Assembly (NCBI GenBank): GCA_039182515.1
Contig: JBCDCE010000012.1
Coordinates: 47 to 64,046, forward strand
Length of the DNA: 64,000 bases
Direction: 5' to 3'
Source: Pseudomonadota bacterium
GTDB lineage: Bacteria > Pseudomonadota > Alphaproteobacteria > Rhodobacterales > Rhodobacteraceae
The notes beneath the pieces are model-generated. The model made no database searches. It was given only the letters and a program-made list of their open reading frames with translations, and was not told the DNA's origin. A program made the position numbers and the translations under genes. Positions 36,189 through 44,738 of the stretch are shown one piece after another; positions within the stretch are counted from its first letter, which is position 1; each line of letters begins with the position of its first letter.

Positions 36189-36983
36189 GTGAAGGACGAT
36201 AAATCCCTTCAACCTGAGTTTAGCGTCCCAGATTCTGGGGCGCTTGCTCGTTTTTATCGCTGGGTTCCAAGTGCAAGCCAGCCCGTTCCCGCGGATGCCT
36301 CTGCAGGAGGTACACTTCCGATGCGTGCGTTTCGCTACTGCGAACCCATTCGGACAGCCTCACAGATGGGCTGGTATGTGTTCCCGCCAATGGATTTCTC
36401 GTTGATTTGGGACGGGACGCGCATCAATTGGACCTGCGAAGGAGCGCCGGGATGGATGGATCTCGACAGCGCGCAATTCCCTGAATTCCCAGAACATTTT
36501 AATGCTCATGCCCCAGAAGGCATAGAAGGGTACTCTCCGCCTTTCCTAGCCTCGACCCTTGCGCAAGGTGTCTTGCAGGTTTGGTCCGGCATCGTCGCTC
36601 GTACGGCACCTGGATGGTGTTTACTGGTGCGAAACCCTGCCAATATCCCGCGTGTCCACCACGCTGAAGGCTTCGAAGGAATCGTTGAAACCGACCGCTG
36701 GTTTGGCCCACTTTTTACCAATTTACGCCTCACAAAGACCGATACTCGGGTCGATTTCCGCCGTGATCATCCCCTATTCCAAATCCAACTGATCCATAGA
36801 TCTATGCTCGACAATAAGTTGTCGCAGCGGATGGAAAAGGTTGCTGGACTGGATGAAATGACGGTAGAAGACTGGGAAGATTATCGCGCCACGATTGTGG
36901 AGCGTGTTGGTGCCAAGCGAGTGCCCGGCGATTATGCTAAGACCTCGCGAAAAATGAGGAAACGGGATGACAGTCAGGCTTAG
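36189..36983 (+). CDS. Hypothetical protein with no family recognisable by eye; candidate partner or modifying enzyme of the repeat peptide
   Basis: 264 aa from the GTG at 36189, 17 nt after the repeat-gene stop. An alternative ATG at 36321 (MRAFRYCEPIRTASQMGWYVFPP) is preceded by a strong AGGAGG. No TM segment or signal peptide. The basic C-terminal tail is KTSRKMRKRDDSQA. Confidence 0.65.
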   Translation: MKDDKSLQPEFSVPDSGALARFYRWVPSASQPVPADASAGGTLPMRAFRYCEPIRTASQMGWYVFPPMDFSLIWDGTRINWTCEGAPGWMDLDSAQFPEFPEHFNAHAPEGIEGYSPPFLASTLAQGVLQVWSGIVARTAPGWCLLVRNPANIPRVHHAEGFEGIVETDRWFGPLFTNLRLTKTDTRVDFRRDHPLFQIQLIHRSMLDNKLSQRMEKVAGLDEMTVEDWEDYRATIVERVGAKRVPGDYAKTSRKMRKRDDSQA

Positions 36984-38133
36984 AGGACTGCCAGCTTTTG
37001 GCATGGTGCTCGTAAGTACGGCTTACGTTGTCGAGATATCGACATTTCCTCTTATTCTTCCCGCACTCGCAGAGTCGCTCAACATACTCGTGCAGTCCTC
37101 CCAGGCGCGCATGCTTGTCGCCTTTTATAAAATTGCGCTTGTTATCTCGCTTTTGTTTGGTGGATGGCTTGGTGATCGGCTCGGAAAAGAAGTTATTTTT
37201 ACCGTTGGAACGGCCATTTTCTGCCTCGCAAGCTTTGCACTTTTGCTGAGCCCAAATGCGGAAGCAGCATTGATTGCGCGCGCTCTACAAGGTTTTGGTG
37301 CCGGGCTGTTTTCGCCTATGGTGCCAGCGCTTTTGAGTGCACATAGTCCACAAAACCCAGTGCGTGCCCTTGCGAGATGGGGGCTGGTTACCGGCATCGC
37401 CGCAGCGACTTACCCAATCTTTGCGGAACAGTTAATTCGACTGTTTGGCTGGTCTGGTGGATGGGTCGTAATTCCCTTGGTCGCAGGCCTCTCCCTGTTT
37501 GGCCTTCCCCGCACAAAAGATGTTAAAGACCCACCAGAGCCGGCTAAAATACACACGTCGTTACGCGATATCAGCATCCCCGTATGGGCCATATTGGCTT
37601 ATGTTTTTCTTAATTACGGGATCACCACCTGGTTCATTTACGCCATGGCGATCAACATGCCAGCGGGCACAGGCATGTATAATATTGGTCTCTTGATGGC
37701 TGTGCTCTGGGGCACCTTTAGCATCAGCAACATCGCAGTTGAGAAGCTGTGGAACGGTTGGGCTTCTGGCGCCCGGCTTTTGGTTGCCGGAGCACTTTTG
37801 AACACGACGGGTGTTTGGATCTTTGGTGCTTTTGGCGTCCAGCCCATTTGCTGTGTTTTGGCCGCTTTGTTGATTGGCATGGGGATGGCGTTGAACAACG
37901 TACCGACCACTGAAATGGCTTTCGAGCTGTCCGACCGCACCATGCATGGCCGCGTCGCCTCGCTAGATATCGTGGCCGCGCGCTTGGGTGGCGCTGTGTT
38001 TGTGGTCTGGATCCCAATTGTTGGCTGGGAAGGCGTCATTGCAAACACATGGGCAGCGTTGATCTCTTTGATGATGGTGGCCTACGCCGCGAGCCAACAT
38101 GCTACCTACCATCAGGCTTCCCAACGCGCTTAA
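36967..38133 (+). CDS. MFS transporter (12-TM, exporter-like)
   Basis: 388 aa with MFS motif A GGWLGDRLGKE. Its ATG overlaps the upstream gene by 17 nt. Confidence 0.85.
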   Translation: MTVRLRGLPAFGMVLVSTAYVVEISTFPLILPALAESLNILVQSSQARMLVAFYKIALVISLLFGGWLGDRLGKEVIFTVGTAIFCLASFALLLSPNAEAALIARALQGFGAGLFSPMVPALLSAHSPQNPVRALARWGLVTGIAAATYPIFAEQLIRLFGWSGGWVVIPLVAGLSLFGLPRTKDVKDPPEPAKIHTSLRDISIPVWAILAYVFLNYGITTWFIYAMAINMPAGTGMYNIGLLMAVLWGTFSISNIAVEKLWNGWASGARLLVAGALLNTTGVWIFGAFGVQPICCVLAALLIGMGMALNNVPTTEMAFELSDRTMHGRVASLDIVAARLGGAVFVVWIPIVGWEGVIANTWAALISLMMVAYAASQHATYHQASQRA

Positions 38134-38153
38134 GCTGTGGCAGGCCTCAGGGC

Positions 38154-39086
38154 ATGACAGCACTTAGAACACTTTCGGGATCAACGCCCAAACCCTATAT
38201 CTTCGGCACCATGCAATGGGGCGACAGAGCCGATGAAGCCGCGTCGCGCGCCATGTTTGAAGCATGCCAGGCAGCAGGCATCTGCCATTTTGATACGGCC
38301 CATGTTTATACAAACGGCAACTCCGAAACCCTGCTTGGCAAATTCGCGTCTTCTGAACGCGAGGCTCTCTATGTCGCCACGAAGGTTGCCTACACGGGGG
38401 GATCAGGGCGCGCAAATATCACGCGGTGCTTCGACACAAGCCGCCAGCGGCTCAATATGGATGTGGTTGATCTGCTCTATTTGCATCGGTTCGACGATCA
38501 AACCCCACTTGCCGAGACCTTTGAGACCTTGGCTGATTTACAATCCAAGGGGCTGATCCGGCACATCGGCGTCTCAAACTTTGCCGCCTGGCAGGTCGTG
38601 AAGGCCCAGGGTGTTGCCGCAAGCTTCGGAACCCGTATTGATGTCATCCAACCGATGTACAGCCTTGTGAAGCGCCAAGCAGAAGTGGAAATTCTGCCCA
38701 TGGCGCATGACCTTGGGCTCGTCGCAGCAACCTATTCACCTTTGGGTGGAGGCTTGCTCACTGGCAAATACGTAAAAGGAGCCACAGGCCGCCTGACAGA
38801 AGACACACGCTATGCCGCGCGCTACGGGCAAACCTGGATGCACAGCACAGCGGAAACCCTTGCAGATTTGGCGCACACCGAAGGCGTCTCTCCTGCCACC
38901 CTAGCGGTGGCCTGGGTCGCGAAACATAAGTTGGCTCCACAGCCAATCCTCTCAGCACGCTCAGTAGATCAGCTTCAGGCTTCGCTGGAGGCCGTTCCAT
39001 TTGAGATGTCTGATTCCCTATACGCGCAGATCACCTCGCTTTCGATTGCGCCAGCTCCTGCCACAGACCGGCTCGAAGAGGCATGA
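38154..39086 (+). CDS. Aldo/keto reductase
   Basis: Trimmed to the ATG at 38154 (MTALRTLSGSTPKPYIFGTMQWG...DTAHVYTNGNSE). Starts 20 nt after the MFS stop. Confidence 0.85.
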   Translation: MTALRTLSGSTPKPYIFGTMQWGDRADEAASRAMFEACQAAGICHFDTAHVYTNGNSETLLGKFASSEREALYVATKVAYTGGSGRANITRCFDTSRQRLNMDVVDLLYLHRFDDQTPLAETFETLADLQSKGLIRHIGVSNFAAWQVVKAQGVAASFGTRIDVIQPMYSLVKRQAEVEILPMAHDLGLVAATYSPLGGGLLTGKYVKGATGRLTEDTRYAARYGQTWMHSTAETLADLAHTEGVSPATLAVAWVAKHKLAPQPILSARSVDQLQASLEAVPFEMSDSLYAQITSLSIAPAPATDRLEEA

Positions 39087-40162
39087 CACCGCGCGTCGCA
39101 ATCATCGGCGGCGGCATTGCCGGTGTCTCAGCCGCCGCTAAACTCGCCTCCCTGGCCCATGTCACGCTCTATGAGGCCGAGCCAACGCTCAGCTACCATG
39201 CAACAGGCCGGTCTGCGGCGATGTTTTTGGTGGGTTACGGCAATGAGGTTGTTCGCGCGCTCAACCAAGCCAGCGAAGCTGAATTGATCGCGCGTGAGGT
39301 TCTTTCCCCCAAAGGTGTGTTGATGTTGGAGCGCGCAACCGACCATGCTCAGTTTTTGGCAGAAAGCGGCGCTATGGGTCTGCCAGAGATTTCAATTTCC
39401 GAAGCCCAAAGCCTCCTTCCAATCTTAAACGTGGAGAGTGTTGCAAACGCCGCCTACAGCGCCGACGCCACAGCCATTGATACCGACGCTCTTGTGCAAT
39501 CCTATCTGCGCCAAGCACGCAACTTGGGTGCTGTGATCAAGCCTTCGAGCCCGGTTAAGACCCTGACCAAAACGGCAGCCGGATGGGACGTGGTCACCAA
39601 AGAGAGCCGAGATCCGTTCGATTACGTGGTCAACGCGGCCGGCGCTTGGGCGGACCAGATCGCAGAACGCGCGGGCCTAACACCGCTTGGTATAACACCT
39701 TACAGGCGCTCCATGGCTCAACTGCCCTTACCGGAAGGCGCAGAAAACCCAGCGGCTTGGCCCTTCACAATCGCTGCTGGAGAGCGTTGGTACGCGAAAA
39801 TCGTCGCTGGCAAATGGTGGGTCTCGCCTTCCGAAGAAGACCCAAGCGCACCGGTAGACGCCTTTGCCGATGATATGGTCATCGCAGAAGGCCTCGCGCG
39901 CTACGAAGACATGACAACCCAGCCCGTGACACGCGTGGAGCGGGTCTGGGCGGGCTTACGCAGTTTTGCACCCGACCGCGCGTTGGTTTTGGGACCAGAC
40001 CCAAAAGAGCCGAGCTTTCTATGGTGCGCGGGCCAAGGTGGATATGGTTTCCAAACCGCGCCTGCCGCCTCAGATTTTCTGGCGGCCCAGATCTCAAAAT
40101 CTCCCTCACCACTGCCAACTGAAACTATACGCGCACTGAGCCCTAGTCGCTTCACATCGTAG
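39083..40162 (+). CDS. FAD-dependent oxidoreductase (DAO family)
   Basis: MTPRVAIIGGGIAGVSAAAKL dinucleotide-binding motif. ATGA overlap with the AKR stop. Confidence 0.85.
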   Translation: MTPRVAIIGGGIAGVSAAAKLASLAHVTLYEAEPTLSYHATGRSAAMFLVGYGNEVVRALNQASEAELIAREVLSPKGVLMLERATDHAQFLAESGAMGLPEISISEAQSLLPILNVESVANAAYSADATAIDTDALVQSYLRQARNLGAVIKPSSPVKTLTKTAAGWDVVTKESRDPFDYVVNAAGAWADQIAERAGLTPLGITPYRRSMAQLPLPEGAENPAAWPFTIAAGERWYAKIVAGKWWVSPSEEDPSAPVDAFADDMVIAEGLARYEDMTTQPVTRVERVWAGLRSFAPDRALVLGPDPKEPSFLWCAGQGGYGFQTAPAASDFLAAQISKSPSPLPTETIRALSPSRFTS

Positions 40163-40165
40163 CGC

Positions 40166-40196
40166 GACCCAAAGCCACCACTTTGGTCTTTTTCTT
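40166..40196 (+). terminator. Probable rho-independent terminator ending the 35.6-40.2 kb operon
   Basis: gaCCCAAAG-ccacca-CTTTGGtc stem with one bulge, followed by TTTTT. The T-run is also the start of dispersed motif copy C. Confidence 0.5.
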
Positions 40197-40211
40197 GGTT
40201 CAAAATACTCC
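40189..40211 (+). repeat. Dispersed intergenic motif, copy C (TTTTTCTTGGTTCAAAATACTCC)
   Basis: Followed by the hairpin ctggggcAGCgccccag and cccccTAAAGCG, as in copy B. Confidence 0.6.
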
Positions 40212-40254
40212 GGGGTCTGGGGCAGCGCCCCAGCCTAGCCCCCTAAAGCGCAGC

Positions 40255-42765
40255 TTACCCATCAATGCGGATCGTTGCATTCTTAGGATCATAAGGGCTA
40301 TCTTCGGTTACTTCTGCATCCCATAGCTCACCAAGCATACGCACTTTGAGCTTCGTTCCGGGCGCCGCCAGATCTTGCGGGACGTATCCCATGCCAATCG
40401 ATTTTCCAAAGGCCACAGAATACCCACCAGAGGTCAATCGGCCTACGCGCGTTTGTCCATCATAGAGCGCTTCGCGGCCCCAAGGATCAGCTCCCTCGGG
40501 CCCATCAATGAGCAACGTCACGCACATAGACCGGATCCCTTTCTCCTCCATCGCGGCTTTGCCGTAGAACTCTTTTGAAAGATCGACAAAACGCGTAAGA
40601 CCAGCTTCCAAAGGCGTCGCGTCGCGTCCCAACTCCGTGCCAAAGGCCCGGTAGCTCTTCTCTTGGCGCAACCAGTTTTGGGCGCGTGCTCCCACCAGTT
40701 TCATGCCTTCAGGTTCACCAGCTTCCATCAGCCGGTCAAAGAGGTAGTTTTGCATCTCGATGGGATGATGCAATTCCCAGCCCAGCTCGCCCGTGTAAGC
40801 CACGCGGATCGCTGTGAGGGGGCACATGCCCAGCTCGATGTTGCGCGCCGAAAGCCAAGGGAAGCGCGTGTTTGAAAGCGCGGTTTCGGGCTCCGGATCC
40901 CGGATCAGTTTGGCCAAAACGTCCCGTGATTTTGGGCCCGCTATGGCGAAGACGCCGTATTGCGAGGTAACATCGGAGATCATCACCGGTTTGCCCGTCT
41001 CAGCGTAGAAATCCTCCGCCGCTTTGATCAAGTAATCCTGGTCATAGGCCTGCCAAGCTCCTGCGCTGACAAGGTAGTAGCTGTTCTCCGCCATGCGTAC
41101 GATGGTGTATTCTGTGCGCGTGGTGCCTGCGGATGTCAGCGCATAGGTCAGATTGATCCGGCCTATTTTCGGCAGCTTGTTACAAGTGAACCAATCTAGG
41201 AAGTCTGAGGCCCCTGCCCCTTTGACCGAATGCTTTGTGAAAGCGGTTGCGTCCACGAGGCCAACGCCTTCGCGGATCGCACGTGCTTCAGCTTCAGCGT
41301 ATTGCCACCAGCCACCACGGCGAAACGAGCGCGCGTCGTGATCAAAACTGTCTGGTGCATCCAATGGGCCGAAGTAGTTCGGGCGCTCCCAACCGTTTAC
41401 CTGGCCGAACTGCGCACCGAGCGCTTTTTGCCGGTCATAGGCGGGAGCTGTTTTGAGCGGGCGGCAAGCTTCACGCTCCTCATCGGGATGGTGCAAAATA
41501 TAGACGTGTTCGTAGCACTCTTCATTTTTGCGCATCGCATAGTCTGTGGTGATCCAGTTGCCGTAGCGCTTTGGATCCAGGCTCGCCATATCGATCTCGG
41601 CTTCACCTTCGACCATCATCTGCGCGAGGTAGTGCCCCGTACCGCCAGCAGCAGTGATACCAAAGGAGAAGCCCTCCGCCAGCCACATGTTCCGCAAGCC
41701 AGGTGCTGGACCAACAAGTGGGTTCCCATCGGGTGTATAACAGATCGGACCGTTGTAGTCGTCTTTAAGACCAACCGTTTCCGAGCTTGGGATCCGGTGG
41801 ATCATGGACATATATTCTTCTTCGATCCGTTCCAGATCGAGCGGGAAAAGATCTGCCCGGAAGCTCTCAGGCACACCGTATTCAAAGCGTGCAGGCGCAT
41901 TGCGCTCATAGGGGCCAAGGATCCAACCACCGCGTTCCTCGCGCACATACCATTTGGCATCCGCATCGCGCAGCACAGGGTGCTCACCATTGGTTTTACG
42001 CCATTCCACCAGCGCGGGGTCTGGCTCTGTGACGATATACTGGTGCTCAACGGGGATCGCGGGGCTCTTAATGCCCAAAAGCTGCGCGGTGCGCTGAGAA
42101 TGGTTACCTGAAGCCGTCACGACGTGCTCGGCCGTGACAACCACCTGCTCTTCGCTCGTAACCAAATTGCCGCCGCGTTCGACCATTTTTGTGAGCGTGA
42201 CCTTCCACTCCGACCCAGTCCATTCATAGCCATCCGCTTGCCAGCGCTGTTCGATTGTCACACCGAGCTTACGCGCCCCCGCAGCCATCGCGTTGGTTAC
42301 GTCAGCGGGGTTAATATAGCCGTCAGTTGGGTGATAGATCGCCCCTTCAAGGTCTTCTGTTCGCACAAGCGGAAAACGCTCTTTTATCTGGGCCGGTGTC
42401 ATCCATTCATAAGGCACGCCACAGGTTTCGGCTGTGGCTGCGTAGAGCATGTATTCGTCCATTCGCGCTTTGGACTGCGCCATACGCAGGTTGCCCACCA
42501 CATAAAACCCAGGATCCTGGCCAGTTTCCTCTTTCAGCGTTTTATAAAACTTGATCGAGTAATCATGGATGTGGGTCGTGGCGTAAGACATGTTGAAATA
42601 CGGCAAGAGCCCTGCCGCATGCCATGTGGAGCCCGCTGTAAGCGCATCGCGCTCGATCAGCATCGTATCCCAGCCCGCTTTGCCGAGATGATAGGCTATA
42701 GACGTACCAACGGCCCCGCCCCCAACGACCAAAGCTTTTACGTGGGTTTTCATTTGGGTTTTCAC
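40255..42765 (-). CDS. Dimethylglycine/sarcosine-dehydrogenase-family protein (FAD oxidoreductase plus GcvT-like folate-binding domains)
   Basis: KALVVGGGAVGTSIAYHL FAD motif and a C-terminal aminomethyltransferase-like region. The start is set at the GTG at 42765, preceded by GAGGAG. The ATG at 42753 is an alternative. Confidence 0.85.
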   Translation of the reverse strand: MKTQMKTHVKALVVGGGAVGTSIAYHLGKAGWDTMLIERDALTAGSTWHAAGLLPYFNMSYATTHIHDYSIKFYKTLKEETGQDPGFYVVGNLRMAQSKARMDEYMLYAATAETCGVPYEWMTPAQIKERFPLVRTEDLEGAIYHPTDGYINPADVTNAMAAGARKLGVTIEQRWQADGYEWTGSEWKVTLTKMVERGGNLVTSEEQVVVTAEHVVTASGNHSQRTAQLLGIKSPAIPVEHQYIVTEPDPALVEWRKTNGEHPVLRDADAKWYVREERGGWILGPYERNAPARFEYGVPESFRADLFPLDLERIEEEYMSMIHRIPSSETVGLKDDYNGPICYTPDGNPLVGPAPGLRNMWLAEGFSFGITAAGGTGHYLAQMMVEGEAEIDMASLDPKRYGNWITTDYAMRKNEECYEHVYILHHPDEEREACRPLKTAPAYDRQKALGAQFGQVNGWERPNYFGPLDAPDSFDHDARSFRRGGWWQYAEAEARAIREGVGLVDATAFTKHSVKGAGASDFLDWFTCNKLPKIGRINLTYALTSAGTTRTEYTIVRMAENSYYLVSAGAWQAYDQDYLIKAAEDFYAETGKPVMISDVTSQYGVFAIAGPKSRDVLAKLIRDPEPETALSNTRFPWLSARNIELGMCPLTAIRVAYTGELGWELHHPIEMQNYLFDRLMEAGEPEGMKLVGARAQNWLRQEKSYRAFGTELGRDATPLEAGLTRFVDLSKEFYGKAAMEEKGIRSMCVTLLIDGPEGADPWGREALYDGQTRVGRLTSGGYSVAFGKSIGMGYVPQDLAAPGTKLKVRMLGELWDAEVTEDSPYDPKNATIRIDG

Positions 42766-42915
42766 AGCGCTCTCCTCGCGATCTGACGCAGACGGACGAC
42801 CCAAAAGGTCTCACGCTATACTGTGGCGCAGACACGACGTTTTCGCCGGAACTGGCCCGACCGGTTCCGACATGAAACCGACATCCCTCATGTCTGGGGG
42901 TTGAAGCAGCCTTTG

Positions 42916-43749
42916 CTATTCAAATCGGCAGATTTTCCGCGCGCCCTCTTGTCGGCATACATTTTGCTTGGCGACCGGTGCTTCTGTGGCGTTTGACTGA
43001 CCCTCTGTTATGTCGGAGTTTGAAGGGCTTGGAATAGGCGAAGCGAGGCCCGGCGCCATATTTTGACGCGACGCTGAGATGCCTTCTGTCGGCAACATCT
43101 TTGTTGGTGTTACTGGGGTCAGGCTTTCTAAAAGGGCCAAAGCATCTGCTTGGGATCCAGAGGTATGGACATAGGCCAAAGTCTCGTCACCAAAGTAGGC
43201 TCCAAAAGTCCGCGCCCCTTCAACAAGCGGCGGCAATTCCAAAACCAAGGCTGAATTCGTGTCTTCTAACGTTTTGAGCGCGTTGCTTACGTCGGTATTG
43301 CGCATGAGTCTCAGGATGCTGGTTTTGACATTTGGATCAGCCACTTGGGCTTTTTCGCCTAGATGCCAAAGCACCATGGTTTGCGACCCCTTTTGGTAGA
43401 AGGCTTCGCGCAAAAAATGCGTGGCGTAAGCTCCCTGCCCACCGAGCTTTCGCAGCCCCCGAAGTGTGGAGGCGTACATGAGCCCGTCGTTTGTCGAAGG
43501 GCGCTTACCTGTCAGTTTCCTGAGATCCAAAAACTCGCCTTCGGTCACGCGCCAATCGCCCAGATCACCGCCCCTTGCTTCTACCTGCAAGGCGGGCTCT
43601 GGGGTTGGTTTCAAAGGCTGGTCGCTGCTTTGGGAGAGATTGGTTGCAACCGGCTCCGATTTCGCTGGCTTGTCGCCGGATAATAGCAAAGCTGCGCCAA
43701 TTCCCAAACTCGCCACAATGGCTAAAGCTCCAAGGTATACGCCTTGCAT
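42916..43749 (-). CDS. Membrane-anchored protein of unknown function, paralogue 1, ending in the CRQEGARKICRFE tail
   Basis: ATG at 43749 preceded by GGGAGG. N-terminal TM segment VYLGALAIVASLGIGAALLL. C-terminus ...PVAKQNVCRQEGARKICRFE-stop. Confidence 0.7.
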   Translation of the reverse strand: MQGVYLGALAIVASLGIGAALLLSGDKPAKSEPVATNLSQSSDQPLKPTPEPALQVEARGGDLGDWRVTEGEFLDLRKLTGKRPSTNDGLMYASTLRGLRKLGGQGAYATHFLREAFYQKGSQTMVLWHLGEKAQVADPNVKTSILRLMRNTDVSNALKTLEDTNSALVLELPPLVEGARTFGAYFGDETLAYVHTSGSQADALALLESLTPVTPTKMLPTEGISASRQNMAPGLASPIPSPSNSDITEGQSNATEAPVAKQNVCRQEGARKICRFE

Positions 43750-43896
43750 CGGCACCTCCCAAATTACCCTTCAAATTTGGGATTTGGTGTGGAGCAGTGT
43801 TTCGGCACCAATGAGGCATAAATGCGAATTCTGCCAGGGCGGCCACAAATACCACATAATATCTGAGACTTAACTCAGAAAACCCGCCATTTTAGA

Positions 43897-44574
43897 TCAG
43901 TTGAACTTACACACCTTGCGGCCATTTTGCTGGCGGCATTTGGCAACTTTGCTCGGCTTGGGTGCAGCTTCGACCTGCACGGTTTCTGCTTCTTTGCCCA
44001 AAAACGCGCTGCGCAGCGCGTCAAAGTCGTAAGTTTTGAGGACATTCCAAGTTTCAGCTTCGCTGGCCGTGCTGACCACATCAATCGCGATTTCGTCCGC
44101 CACGAGCGCCATGTAACGATCTGCGCCACTTTTATCACCGTTTTCGGCAGGTACCTTATAGAAGCGCACGCCTTCACGTTCGCCCAAAACGGAAACCCGT
44201 TTTTCACCTTTGAGCTCTGTGGATTTAAACTTTCGCTCAAAGTCAGCCAGAAGCCCTTGTGCCGCTTCCTTCTCATCAGCACGACGTTGCGTGAGCATCA
44301 CCACTTCGCCGCCGCGCAGATAAGTCGCGGTTTGGGCAGCCGTTTCTGCGGTTTGGGTCGAGACGTGCTCGATTTTGCCGAAATCCAAACTCCAGCCCTC
44401 AGGAACTTCTGGAAGCGCGTCCATAAACACCGTTTGAACGTCCTGCGCTTGCTCCCAAGCGGAGGGCTGGCCAGCTGTAAGTTGCGCGTCGGGTGTGAGG
44501 TGATCAAGATACATGGCACCGCCGACCAGCGATGCAGCCACACTCGCAAACCCTAATGTCGTCCAAATAGACAT
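43897..44574 (-). CDS. Membrane-anchored protein of unknown function, paralogue 2, ending in the CRQQNGRKVCKFN tail
   Basis: ATG preceded by AAGAGG. N-terminal TM segment IWTTLGFASVAASLVGGAMYL. Carries a PEGW motif. C-terminus ...SKVAKCRQQNGRKVCKFN-stop. Confidence 0.7.
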   Translation of the reverse strand: MSIWTTLGFASVAASLVGGAMYLDHLTPDAQLTAGQPSAWEQAQDVQTVFMDALPEVPEGWSLDFGKIEHVSTQTAETAAQTATYLRGGEVVMLTQRRADEKEAAQGLLADFERKFKSTELKGEKRVSVLGEREGVRFYKVPAENGDKSGADRYMALVADEIAIDVVSTASEAETWNVLKTYDFDALRSAFLGKEAETVQVEAAPKPSKVAKCRQQNGRKVCKFN

Positions 44575-44738
44575 ACTAATACCTCTTTTACACGGGCAGT
44601 GATTACGCCATGGTCAGAGCCATCCAATGACGGCGCAGAGGTAAAATTAAGACAATTTGAGCAAATAGTCCGACGGTTTACTGCATCATAGTAATTTACC
44701 GGGCGCAACCAGCCAAATAACGTGGCAAAACAGCGACG

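Noticed and set aside
35687-36212. Three long reverse-strand ORFs (128, 169 and 156 aa) overlapping the repeat gene
   Set aside because: They are open only because a stop-free repeat unit is iterated. Differences between repeat copies are non-synonymous in these frames and silent in the plus frame. They have no ribosome-binding sites.
41230-42786. Plus-strand ORFs 41230..42111 (293 aa) and 42124..42786 (220 aa)
   Set aside because: They are antisense to the dimethylglycine-dehydrogenase-family gene.
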